Shown piece after piece: positions 36,838 to 48,560 of a DNA stretch of 64,000 nt (position 1 is its first letter; each line of letters starts with the position of its first letter). Source of the stretch: Podarcis bocagei (taxonomy: Eukaryota); assembly GCA_964188305.1 (NCBI GenBank), contig OZ076901.1; one strand, written 5' to 3'. A program made the position numbers and the translations under genes. Under the pieces are notes generated by a model, which saw only the letters and a list, made by a program, of their open reading frames with translations, made no database searches and was not told where the DNA came from.

Positions 36838-38719
36838 CTGGAAGGTAGAATACATATGTATTTCAAACAAGACATGAGTGCTGGAGCTGAGACAATTACA
36901 AAGGTAACTATCAGATGTAACAGTACTAGAAAGAATGCAGCAAGGATCTACTAATTCCATCACTGCATAACATTATAATAACATAACCCCCTTGGTATTC
37001 AGAGCTAGAGAAATATTTCAGAGGGCTAGAAGCCTGCATGAATTCTTAATATTGCAGCATCTGCTATAACTTCACACCAAGGGTAAAGGTAGCCCACGTT
37101 GGCCCACAGGGAAAATGTGAAAAGGACATTCAAAGTTCAGGCCAATAATAATATCACAAAAAATATCACAAGCTTTTGAGTTTCCCTAAAACTCTTTATC
37201 AGGCTAGATAGTAAACAAAGTAACAGAAAGAAATTATGATGGTAATGCCATGTGTCTGCATTTGGTGATAATCTTAAAGACAAAATATGAGACGTAGGCA
37301 GGCATTTAAATGAGACCCTTTAGGTGCTGTGCAAGTATCAGGCACTACTTTCCACCTCTGTCAACATAAAAGACTGATTAGTTTCTCTTTATTACTGTTT
37401 TCCACCTATCAACGGTCCTGTGCATTTCACCTAAGGATAGAGACAGATGTGGACAATGGCCACTTCTTCTGTTTCCAGAGATGGGGAGTCAGACATTGTT
37501 ATGCTTTATGTTTCCAGCAGGCTTTGTTGCAACTTGCTCTCTCTCAGCAGATGCAGACTCAATTAGTTATCATCAGTCAAAATTTCTGGTGAATTCTCCA
37601 TTAGATGGTAAATAAAACTTGACTAATGGCCACCACTGTCTGAAAAGAACTTATCAGAGATTATATTATCAGTCATGCTCATTAGGAGGCATATCCTCTG
37701 CCCACCCCACCATTTATTCCTGAAAAGGTGGAATACTGTTTTGTTTCTCCAGAGTGCAACTCTGAAATTTTATTTTCCCATGCATAGGGTGTTCTCTGCC
37801 TCCTGGGTGTTCACTGTCTGTATGTGTCAACAAACCCAGTTAATCAAACAACGGGCAAGATCGCTGAACAGGAGGACATGACCCTAAACTGGAGTTCCAG
37901 TGCATCAACTTGCCCATCTACTATGAAAAAGTCCTTTGAATGGGTATGGTATTTCAACAACAGCCCTCTCCAGAGTCGAGCTCCAGGAAAAATGAGCTTT
38001 GCAGGTTTTCAGAAGAAGTCAGCTGCGCACCGTGCCAACTGGATGGCTGCTGTGACATCATGAACCCACCTCACCCCTCATCCCCAGTGATTTGAAAAAC
38101 TTTAAAAAACCACCCATTTAAAAAGGCACAGAATTATTGTTAAACTGTATGAAGGCACATGTGCTGCTTTAAAAAATAATAATAAAACGGAAGAGGCAAG
38201 TCTGATGACTGAAAGTGCACTGGAATAACTGGCAAGTATGTTTTTATTGCTAGGAAGGCAGGCTCACCGCACAGGAGACAAAAAGGGGCAACTATTGTTT
38301 TGATGCACATTTGTACACATAGTGCTGGGTGGATATCATGTAACAAATGCAATATCCTGCAGATCAGATGGTGAGCCTCTGGACCATGAGCTGTGCCTAG
38401 TTAGTGTACCTTTTTATCTGGCCTGCAGCCTCACCTCTTCTGCCCCACTCCACCCTGTCTTCTGCTCTGCCACAATTTCCTCTTCTGCAGGCTAACACCT
38501 TGAATTCAAGCTGGGCCACAAAGGAAATATCTTCCTTTGCAGATGTGGCTTGAATCCAAACTGCTACTGCAAAGGAAGAAAGAAAAGAATCCAGAGCACA
38601 CTTTCATCTGTAATCAACGCACATGGCAAGTCCAAGTGATTGACAAATGGGCAGCTCTGTCCATCTCTCAAAATGGTATTTTGAATTGAGGGGAGCCCAG
38701 CATAGCAAGGGACACTTAC

Positions 38720-38751
38720 CAGTAGTTGCCCCATTCAATCATTGTTCCAGG
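38720..38751 (-). CDS. NIPSNAP2: NIPSNAP2 exon 7 (32 nt)
   Basis: PGTMIEWGNY(W); CAG acceptor and GTAAGT donor. Confidence 0.93.
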
Positions 38752-39386
38752 CTGGGGGGATAAAAGAAATACAGAGCAGGTGACTCTATGAGAATGACAC
38801 CCTCCATTCCCTCCCCCGTTGCAATTGGGAAGTAGATGTGGGTTTTCTCCCCTGCCTCCAGAAAGGTTTCTGAATTCTAATCAGTAACAAAAAAGACGAC
38901 TCAGCCCAAAAGACATGGGGCAATTACATAATCACTTTAAGACCAGGATTCCCTCAAATACTTTTTTCAATGTCCCAATTTTCATTTCCATCACCTGTTG
39001 ACACTGATAGGGAACATTTCTGTCAGAAATATGATATATACACTGAATATATATGATAAATGCACAATAAGCTTGCTTCTCAGTAAAAAACATATAGGAT
39101 TGCACTGTTAGTAAATGCAACCTTTTCTGTTCAAAAGGCAGAACTTCCAAGAGAAAAAAGGAAAATCAATGAAAAAGAGTTGCAATGTGCTCTCTGTTAT
39201 CCATTTCTGGCAGGAATCAACCTGCCAACTTGTCTACCAGAAGGATTCTCATAACAAATTTAAAGGCTAGCCTGACAAAGAGTGAATGCAGTCTCGCTCT
39301 TAAAGGTCTCATGAACCCAAGGACACACACAGAGAGAGGGAGGGAGGAAGGGAATGACTATTCTATGAATACATAAAGACGCTCAC

Positions 39387-39527
39387 ACGGAGTTGATAAG
39401 ACCTCAGTTCATAGATATTGGGCCCTGTCCTCGGAACAGGCTCATTCCAAAAACTGAACTCCAACAGCAGCTGATTCTTGCGGGAGAGAAGCATGTTTCC
39501 CCTCTCTTTGCGAAACTCCACAAACCC
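39387..39527 (-). CDS. NIPSNAP2: NIPSNAP2 exon 6 (141 nt)
   Basis: [47 protein letters not shown]. Confidence 0.95.
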
Positions 39528-39817
39528 CTAAAAATAAAATGAAAAATCCTTACAATGACAAGGCAAGATCACATGAATTATTTTTTAAATTATCTAGTTT
39601 ATGCTTCATCTGTCCGGATATTAAGAGCTTAATACTAGGAGGACAAAGTGTATCCTGGTTTGATACAAAAACTCTGGGAGTCCTTGACAATGCAGTTGTT
39701 ATTGTTGGTTTTTTTTTTTTTTTTTTTTTTTTTTTGCAATAAACTGTTAAGTTTAAGAGGCAAAGTGACTTTTAAGGATCAGGCTGATGAAGTCCAATCT
39801 TTTATGCTAGGACTTAC

Positions 39818-39888
39818 CTTATCATGTCGAAGCTTACTCATGACCTCTGTAAGAGCTGGGTAGCCTCCCTCATACCGCCACAGATGAA
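39818..39888 (-). CDS. NIPSNAP2: NIPSNAP2 exon 5 (71 nt)
   Basis: (V)HLWRYEGGYPALTEVMSKLRHDK. Confidence 0.95.
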
Positions 39889-41050
39889 CTGAAATGAAAA
39901 GTGGCATATTTAAGAGTCTCCCTTCCCTACTGGAGATTCAAAACAGACTCCTCAAACGTCAGCTTCTTCCTGGCCAAATATTGTATCCCATTGTCATTTC
40001 TAGAACCTAGCTCTTTCTTTCCAATCCTGGTGGGCACCAGCACCCTTTCCCCAGCACACCTTGAGATTGCTTAGCCCTCTCACTTTCTCTCAGTGCCTAG
40101 GAACATGCCTTACACTGAGTCAGATTATTCATCCATCTAGCTCAGTACTGTTTACACTGACTGGTTGCGGCTCTCCAGGATTTATTCACTGATCACTGTC
40201 CTTCCTTAAGCCTATACAGTATAATTTTCTTTCTTCACCAGCAGAAGTCAGAGGCCAAACAAAAAAGATAAATGGGACAATGCCCTGGGGAAGATATCCT
40301 ACACAAGCCCCACTGAAATTAATGTGTGTGTTTGGGTCGGGGGAGGCAGCAAAGAGTGGCTGTAAACCACCTATAGGCTTTCTGTTGAGTAAGTAGTATA
40401 TAAAGTTTGTAAAAATAAAAAATAAAAGAACCATAGCTCTACCACGAGCCCACTTCCAAAGATTTTACCAGTCAGAGGAAGGCTGCAAACTGTCACCCAG
40501 TCACTCAGGCCTTTCTGATACAGAATTTGAGCCAGCATCATCTGCCAAGAAGGTCGCGTGGACCATGAAATTGGCCAGTCCCCTGAAAGAACTGCAAGAA
40601 GACCTGTCTGTGACGGGGAGTGTCTAGACTTGGGAGTGGCACATCCAAACTTGGGAGTGGCAACTCTGAATGTGTCTGAACCAGCCTGCCAGCTATGCAA
40701 GGGTGTATATTCACAGGAGCTGAATATACCATTTGATGGTTCTGCAGTGCCTGGGCCTGTGCCAGAGCAGCACCTTTACATTCCCTGCAACCTTGCCTGA
40801 AGGACATTCAGGAAAGGTTACATTGGGGACATAAGGATTCTGTTGAGGCTGAGTTTTGATGGAGAAAATGTCCATTTTCTCTGGGAATCTTCCTGGAATC
40901 GTTAGAGGTTCTCTGCTGGTGTTGGTTGTCCACTGTCCCCAGACCTTGCCCCACATCCTGCAGGTTCCCATCCTGGCTGGAAGAGGGCCCCTATCACAAG
41001 CACACATCATTAGCGCAGTTGTGCATTCTGTTGTACGTCTTATCTCCTAC

Positions 41051-41145
41051 CAGCCTGATCTTGCTCTCCGTACCACGTGTTCCACGTCCCCACCAGTGTA
41101 CATGGATATTCCTTCCCTTCGTGGATCTTTGGCAGCACCTCTTGA
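41051..41145 (-). CDS. NIPSNAP2: NIPSNAP2 exon 4 (95 nt)
   Basis: [31 protein letters not shown]. Confidence 0.95.
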
Positions 41146-41489
41146 CTTTAAAAAAAGCAGAAGCAAAAAGGAACATAAGTACAGTAGCCATTCCATCAAG
41201 CTAAAGGAGAGAAGGCAGATGGGATTGCAGGGCCTCTTGATCGGCTCCAATGGAACACCAACAACCTTTCCATCTACTTGAAATCTATCCATTCCAGTCT
41301 GAATTTGCTTTTTCCTCCTCCCAATTCCTTTTCTTTTTGTGTCATGTCTTTCAGATTTAAGCCTGAGGGCAAGGACAGTCTTATCACTGACATTCATAAG
41401 CTGCTCTGGGAACAATTTTTAGCTGATAAAAATGTTTTTATCAAATAAATAACATTCCCATGTGTTTCCTATGTTATGAGTTACCCAAG

Positions 41490-42200
41490 TGTCATCTAGT
41501 CCAACCCCTTGAAACACAGCAATAACAGCTAAAGAATCCCTGACAGATTGCCATCCACCCTGTTTAAAAACCTCCAATGAAGGAGAGTCCACCACCTTCC
41601 AAGGTAGTCTGTTCCATTGTCAAACAGCCAGTGTTCGAAATCTGCCAGGCATGAAGTGCATTTTGCACCTGGCTATCGGCCATTTGCAACCAAGGACCAT
41701 CTGGAAATGCATGCCTATGGATCTTTCTGTCTTGACTGTTTTCACACACTAGCAACACATCCTGTAGAATTCTATCCATTGTATTTTATCTGCACAATCA
41801 GAGCTGTCTGTCTGGCCCAAAAATGGCAACTAGGCATTCTGTTTTGATACTGTAATCCTGATTTAATGAGCCATTTTGTGCTTAGCTTAAATATCTGAGT
41901 TTCTGACACTGCGAACAGCTCTTACTGCCAGGAAGTTCTTCCTAGTGTTTAGTCATTTTCTTGTCATTCGAATCCATCGGTACAGACCCTACCCTCTGCA
42001 GCAGCAGAAAACAACCTTGCTCCATCTTCCATGTGACAGCCCTTCAGATATTTGAGGATGACCATCATTTCACCTCTCAGCCTTCTAACCTCCAGACTAA
42101 ACATACACAACGCTTCTCATAATGCTTGGTTTCCAGACACTTTATCATATCAGTCACCCTCCTCTGCACCCGTTCCAGCTGGTCAATATCCTTCTTAAAT
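41490..42200 (-). mobile_element. CR1 LINE 3' fragment interrupted by a ~280-nt insert
   Basis: tctagtccaacccc, aaaaacctccaatgaaggagagtccaccac, ggaagttcttcctagtgtttag motifs. Confidence 0.7.
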
Positions 42201-42337
42201 TTATATTGCATAAATTTGTGGTACAGAAATTAACAACAAACACAAGAGATGCACAAATGTTGGTTGGCTCACCAGCCAGCCTTTTTCTGTTGTGGATGCT
42301 AACTTAAGGTTATCAGATGTCCCCGTTGAAAAGTGTC

Positions 42338-42772
42338 TGTCAGGGAACTGCCATCGGAGCTAGAGGTGGAGGGAAGGCTCCAGAGGGATGGCGGAGAGGG
42401 TCCCAGTAGGGAGAGAGGCAGCCCGTCCGCTGGGGAAGGAAATCAGCGTAACACCAGTAGAGAAGGGGGGCAGATGGGGGAATTGGAGAGGAGGCTCCAA
42501 GACTCCTCGCCGGAGACCAGCAGAGAGAGTACGGGTCCTCCGCTGCCCACACCCTCCCTGCGCAGAAGGCTTCCGCGCAGGGAGACTAGGCGGAGACTAG
42601 GCGTCAAAGAATTTTTGTGCTGGAAGAAGTTTAAGAAACGCCCACTGACGGATTCTGCCAGCGACTGAGACAGTCACGATAATAGAGGCTGTTCAGCCAG
42701 AAAGGGTTTAACCAGGTAACCTAGCCAGGAGTGGCGGCAACTTATGCACAAGCAACCCCTAAAACCATTACA
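42338..42772 (+). mobile_element. Solo-LTR-like element, copy 2 (TG...CA, 5-bp TSD GTGTC), carrying a 109-codon open frame
   Basis: GTGTC at 42333-42337 and 42773-42777; homologous to 31822-32253. Confidence 0.85.
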
Positions 42773-43315
42773 GTGTCCCTGGATTCATTGAGAAAAATCT
42801 GGTAACCTTATGCTAACTCTTCAGTCTCCCTTGAATAGTCTAGCATATACCTGGTGAAGAGGCAGACTTTTTCTCTCATTTGCATACGGTATGGTATATA
42901 AAGGAAGTGAGGCACTGCCAGTGTCTCTACTGAGACTTGGAAGACCCCACCCACCACCGCTGTGTTCTCTCTTCTCCTAACCACAGCACCAAAAAAACTG
43001 CCAGGGTGGCAATGACCTGTGTGCTGCTGGGTAGTTGCCATCAATGAGCTTAAAGAGAGCTTTTAAGTACTGCCATCAAGATGAAAGCCACCATAACAAG
43101 ACGGGCATAGCAGCAGGGCAAGGGATATGGTGCCAGATTCACCACCTCCCCAGCCCAGTTAGGATTCCTCTGCCCCTTCCTAATCCTATGCAAGTTTACT
43201 CAGAAGTAATTCTCACTGAATCTAGTGACTGTATACTAAGTTTGTATGAGCTTAGTAACTAACAAGGCTCCAGATTTTAACCCACCAAATGTTCCAGCAT
43301 AGCATTCAGACTTAC

Positions 43316-43361
43316 CAAAGCTTGTTGTAGGATTCTAGGCATTCTGGTTTGACATTGTGAA
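43316..43361 (-). CDS. NIPSNAP2: NIPSNAP2 exon 3 (46 nt)
   Basis: (F)[14 protein letters not shown](C); follows an 87-nt intron. Confidence 0.94.
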
Positions 43362-43448
43362 CTGAAACAGGAAAAGTCATCATTAAATGCTGAGAGAAAG
43401 AAAAAAAGAAAGACAGACAAGGGAGAAATATAAAAAACAGCAGCTCAC

Positions 43449-43588
43449 ACTGTATTTTATAAAGACTGCTGGTCTCCCGTTTGGCTAAGAGGTTGGAGTG
43501 AGCATCTTTCCTGGGATCAACTTTGCGGACAAAAAGCGATTTTAACCAGCTGTCTTCTGCGGATCGGCTGTTTGACGACACAAGGCCC
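43449..43588 (-). CDS. NIPSNAP2: NIPSNAP2 exon 2 (140 nt)
   Basis: [46 protein letters not shown]. Confidence 0.95.
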
Positions 43589-44175
43589 CTGCAAGTGAGC
43601 AAGACAAACATTGTTCTAGAACTTGTGTAAGCTTCATTCCTGTTTCATTTTTATCAGGACTGAGAAGTAGTGCAGCAAAGAGCAGATTCCTGATTAGCCT
43701 CCCAGCTACTGGAAGGTGTTTTTCACATTATCTCTAGAATACACAAGATGCACCTACCTTTAATTCAACCTGACTACATTAATCTTAGTTTACTATCATA
43801 GGAGTTTGAGCTGACTCATCAGTAGATCAACAGACCAATCTTATGAAAGTTTAATCAGAATGAAGTCCCATTATGTTCAGCAGGACTTACCCCAAAGTTA
43901 ATATGCATTGGACTTCAGCCAAAATATTAAAAATGTATATATGATAAAGTAGTCATAAAGAAAACAAAGACAGTATTTTTTAATAGTTGTTGCTTGCCTC
44001 CCTGCTTCTCTCATAGACAACCAGGGAGGCCTCATCTTGCCAAGGCCATTTGCTTATACAAGAACTTGTATTATTAGCTAATTTTAAATTTGCCAACCAG
44101 TTAATCTGGTGGCATCTTTTTAGTCAATCAAAATATTTTTAATTGAATCATTCAACCAATTATTTGAGTACTAAA

Positions 44176-44387
44176 AGGTAAAGGTAAAGGACCCCTGGAC
44201 GGTTAAGTCTAGTCAAAGGCAACTATGGGATTGCGGCGCTCATCTCACTTTCAGGCCAAGGGAGCCAGTGTTTGTCCACAGACATGTGGCCAGCATGACT
44301 AAACCGCTTCTGGTGCAATGGAACACCATGACGGAAACCAGAGCACATGGAAATGCCGTTTACCTTCCCGCCACAGCGGTACCTATT
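44176..44387 (-). mobile_element. Sauria SINE 3' fragment
   Basis: aaggtaaaggtaaagg tail; catgtggccagcatgact core. Confidence 0.85.
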
Positions 44388-44459
44388 TGAGTACAAGGAC
44401 TGCTTCTACCCATATATTGAGCACCATTGTCCAGTTCTTCTGCCACCACACCCCATACA

Positions 44460-44579
44460 TGTCAGAATCATAAAATTCTAAAGTTGTCCAACCCCCCTGC
44501 AATGTAGGAACATATGCGGATCAAACCTGCAACCTTGGCATTAGCAGCACCATGCTCTAACCAACTGAACTATCCAGGC
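44460..44579 (-). mobile_element. tRNA-Ile-derived SINE with CR1 tail (POMSINE-like)
   Basis: Minus strand GCCTGGATAGTTCAGTTGGTTAGAGCATGGTGCTG...GCCAAGGTTGCAGGTTTGATCC followed by a CR1-like tail. Confidence 0.7.
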
Positions 44580-45372
44580 TGATATATGTAAGTGAGCTCT
44601 AGTTCATGAAAGCTTATACCATAATAAACGTTTGTCAGACTTTAAGGTACTACAGATCTATTTTGTGTAACAGGCTAGCATAGTTACCGGTACTTCTCTG
44701 GAAAATGAAATTAGAGTTTTTCCACAGCTATGATATACCAGTATAAACTGGAAGTAAAAGTAATCTCAAAAGCTTCATTTTAATTAAGTCTGGGGCAGAA
44801 ACCAGAGAGCAGCAACAGCTGTTGTTCAGGAGTTTTTGCTTGTCTACTGATTTACTGGGGAGAGGAGGATTAGTTAAAGCTTTCAAGCATGCTTATAATA
44901 CCCAAATATTTGCAGTAACAAAATTGTACTGTGTGACACAACTGAAAATCAAAGATGAAACTGAAATCAAACCCACAAACCTCCAAACTACACAACTTGT
45001 TATCTTGAGGAAGGCAGTGTATCTAATTTCCCACCATTTGTGTCCTGGAGTGCATGTATCCTTATCTTCTATGAAAGTCAGGGAGGATTATGTGATGGTT
45101 ACAGAGTTTGCTGAAAGTAAAAGTGTTAAGCAAAACCACATCCTTATTCACACACTAGCAGAACTCTTCCCAAGGGGTGGGAAAATACTAGGCAACTGAA
45201 AAAGTTGATTTTGGAGAATAATTGATTTTTCAACCCTAAACAACATTTGCTTCTAGAAACCTAAAGCATTTTTCAATTTAGTTTAGTTTGCTGTCTTGAC
45301 CATGTCATGATATAGCTTTACAGATCGGTTGGAACAGCAACAAAATCAGTAAGCAATCATTATAACAATTTA

Positions 45373-46327
45373 CCGTATTTTTCGCTCTATTGGACGCAGT
45401 TTTTCCTTTCCAAAAAGTGAGGGGAAATGTGTGTGCGTCCTATAGAGCGAATGCAGGCTTGTGCCATAGCCGCGCGCAACCCCTCCGACAAGGAGAGGCT
45501 GCACGGGGCTAAAGGGGAAGACAAAACAGCAAGCGGGATGGATCCCGCTCGCTGCCTTGCCTTCTTCCATAGCTGCGCGCAACCCCTCGGGCAAGGAGAG
45601 GCTGCATGGGGCTATGGATTCTTTAGCCTCACGCAGCCTCTCCCAGGAGGTAGAGGCAGCATGAGGCTAAAGGGGAAGCCAAAACAGCGAGCGGGATCCA
45701 TCCCGCTCGCTGCCTTCCCTTCTTCCATAGCTGCGCACAACCCCTCCACGGGGAGAGGCTGCACGGGGCTATGGCTTCTTTATGGACTACTGCAACGCGC
45801 TCTACGTGGGGCTACCTTTGAAGGTGACCCGGAAACTGCAATTAATCCAGAATGCGGCAGCTAGACTGGTGACTGGGAGTGGCCGCCGGGACCACATAAC
45901 ACCGGTTCTGAGAGATCTGCATTGGCTCCCAGTACGTTTCCGAGCACAATTCAAAGTGTTGGTGCTGACCTTTAAAGCCCTAAATGGCCTCGGTCCAGTA
46001 TACCTGAAGGAGCGTCTCCATCCCCATCGTTCAGCCCGGACACTGAGATCCAGCACCGAGGGCCTTCTGGCGGTTCCCTTATTGCGAGAAGTAAGGTTAC
46101 AGGGAACCAGGCAGAGGGCCTTCTCGGTAGTGGCGCCTGCCCTGTGGAACGCCCTCCCAGCAGATGTCAAAGCAATAAACAACTATTTTACTTTTAAAAG
46201 TCATCTGAAGGCAGCCCTCTTTAGGGAAGTTTTTAATGTTGAAGCTGTACTGTTTTTAATATTCAGTTGGAAGCCGCCCAGTGTGGCTGGGGAAACCCAG
46301 CCAGATGGGCGGGGTATAAATAATAAA

Positions 46328-46385
<58 letters not shown>

Positions 46386-46753
46386 AGGGGAAGCCAAAAG
46401 AGCGAGCGGGATCCATCCCGCTCGCTGCCTTGCCTCCTTCCATAGCTGCGCGCAACCCCTCGGGCAAGGAGAGGCTGCACGGGGCTATGGCTTCTTTAGC
46501 CGCACGCAGCCTCTCCCGGCAAGAAGAGGCTGCACAGGGCTAAAGGGGAAGCCAAAACAGCGAGCGGGATCCATCTCGCTCGCTGCCTTGCCTTCTTCCA
46601 TAGCTGCGCACAACCCCTCTGGCAGGGAGAGGTTGTGTGCAGCCTGTACGCTGCTCTTTGGGGCTGGGGGGGGATATTTTTTCCCTTGATTTCCCCCCCT
46701 AAAAACTGGGTGCGCCCTATGGTCTGGTGCGCCCTATGGTATGAAAAATGCGG
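45373..46753. mobile_element. Mariner/Tigger-like non-autonomous element with internal tandem repeats and a nested L2
   Basis: TIR CCGTATTTTTC / GAAAAATGCGG with TA flanks; repeated gcgggatccatcccgctcgctgcc units; related to 62346-62604. Confidence 0.75.
45782..46383 (+). mobile_element. L2 LINE 3' fragment (RT C-terminal region, 5'-truncated)
   Basis: DYCNALYVGLPLKVTRKLQLIQNAAARLVTG...HWLPVRFRAQFKVL; (TTA)n tail. Confidence 0.9.
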
Positions 46754-47859
46754 TACCACATGAGTATTTAAATCTACCTGACTCAATTGCAAGAACTCAT
46801 GAAGTGGCAGATATCTCTCCACCTCCAATTAAAAACTATTTATTTTGAATTAAGATAGGAAGGCAGCTGACACAGGAATATACAGTTCTTCCCTCCTGAT
46901 AAATGGGACACTAGAATAAACAGCAGGGATCATTATTAGCATAATTATTTATTTAATAACATTTCTATATATACAACTTGACTGTTAAAAATAACAACAA
47001 CCTCAACATGGTTTACAAACATAGGGAATGTTCCTGTTAACATTTATCCAAAACACAGAAGGCATTTTCTAGAATCTTTAATTGCATTTGTTTATTTTAT
47101 CTATTATAGTGATTTTTACCACCACCCCTTGAAGCAAGTTCCCAGGCCACATAAGTAAATTTGATTGGGGTCCTTAAAAAAATTTAAAAATCAATCCATT
47201 CATATCTCACCCTTCCTCCTGAAAGTACCCAGGGTGGCTCATTATCATTATTATTTAGGACCCAAAGGAAAGCGAAAAAACCCCATTGAATAAATAAAGC
47301 TACCATTGTTGTCGTTATTATAATTTCAATTGGCATTATTTCAGTCCCAAAAATAACTTCTTAAGACTAATAACCAACAATAACATTATATTTAGTCTCC
47401 AGGCAAAAACATTATTTTCTCATCAAACCTTTGGCTTTTAATTAATTACCTGAGGCCTTTTTGCATGGGTGGGATGTTTTAATCCATTTTTAAAAAAAAC
47501 AGAATTGTCTTTATTTTTATTTTTCCCCATATGCTTAAAATATTACAAGTCCGTTTGTGCTGCCATGGCAAAAAAGCAGCTAATAAATTTAATAAATAAC
47601 AACGATCATACAAGATGGCTTACAACAACAGTACAGTAATAATACAATGTGATAAATGAAAAGGGGTGTGGGGGGTTTGTCCATCCCCCATAATTTAGAT
47701 GGGAGTGTGTAGAGGATTAGCCAAGAGATTAATGGGGTGACCCCCTACAATGGGGTGGGGACAAGGGTTAATAATAGGTGGGGCCTCCGAGGTAGAACAC
47801 TTTTACACCGTAAAATATGTGGAGGCGGATATCCATGAGGCGACCTCCCCATTATTAAT

Positions 47860-48560
47860 GGCTGGGGGGCTTCTGCGTGAGGCGGGCTGAGCCAATGTAC
47901 ACACGCCCTCCTGTATAGAGATGGAGGGTGTGTGTACGTATATATATATATACAGTATATATGTGTGTGTCAAAGACGCTATTTATTGAATAATATGAGC
48001 GGGGAAGAGAAGAGACGATGAGACCCCCCCCCCCATTCCCACAATTTATTAACTCTGAAGCACTGTTGGGGGAGGAAGCAAGAAACCACCTGACCAGCCC
48101 GTGACCTTGAGCCGCGATGGGGGGGGGAGGAAAGAGCGCGCGCCAGAAAGAAACGGCTCTCCTCCCCCCCCCCACCCGTCGCTCGACCTTCCCGCCACTT
48201 TCCACCCCTCCCTCCCCGGCAGCTTCCCCCTCACCTGAGGAAAAAAAGGCGGGAACGGCCCCCTTGGACTGGGAAGGTGCTGAGGCGGAGGCGGCCGCCG
48301 CTCCCCCGCCGCAGCAGCAGCAGCGCCCCGGCCGCCATCTTGACCACCTCAACCTGAGGGGACGGCGCGAGAGAAAAGGAAGGGGAAATGGGGGCGCAGT
48401 GCCCCCCAGTAGCCACTAGAGGGAGCCTTTTCCCCCACCGGGAGGGACGGAGTTGAGGAGGGGGACACGGAAAGGTTTCTCTCTCCCCCCCCCCAACGCC
48501 GCACATTTCTCCGACGAAGGTCTCAAAGGCGCAGCGCCATTAAGCTGAGGCGACTCTGGC
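47860..48560 (-). promoter_or_regulatory. NIPSNAP2 CpG-island promoter and first-intron regulatory region
   Basis: CpG-rich; YY1-type GCCGCCATCTT over the ATG; TCAAGGTCA (ERR element) at 48102-48110 on minus. Confidence 0.7.
48235..48338 (-). CDS. NIPSNAP2: NIPSNAP2 exon 1, coding part (104 nt), mitochondrial presequence-like
   Basis: AAGATGGCGGC start; MAAGALLLLRRGSGGRLRLSTFPVQGGRSRLFFL(R); GTGAG donor; phase 2 matches exon 2; CpG island. Confidence 0.9.

Noticed and set aside
44515-44579. tRNA-Ile gene
   Set aside because: Degenerate anticodon loop and T arm, no acceptor-stem closure, fused to a CR1-like tail; it is a SINE
45782-46543. 253-aa ORF as a host gene
   Set aside because: It is an L2 RT C-terminus read through the (TTA)n tail into MITE tandem repeats
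47855-48419. Long GC-rich ORFs over the NIPSNAP2 CpG island (likewise 4678-5133 over CCT6A)
   Set aside because: Stop-codon scarcity in CpG islands; alternative frames or antisense of real first exons
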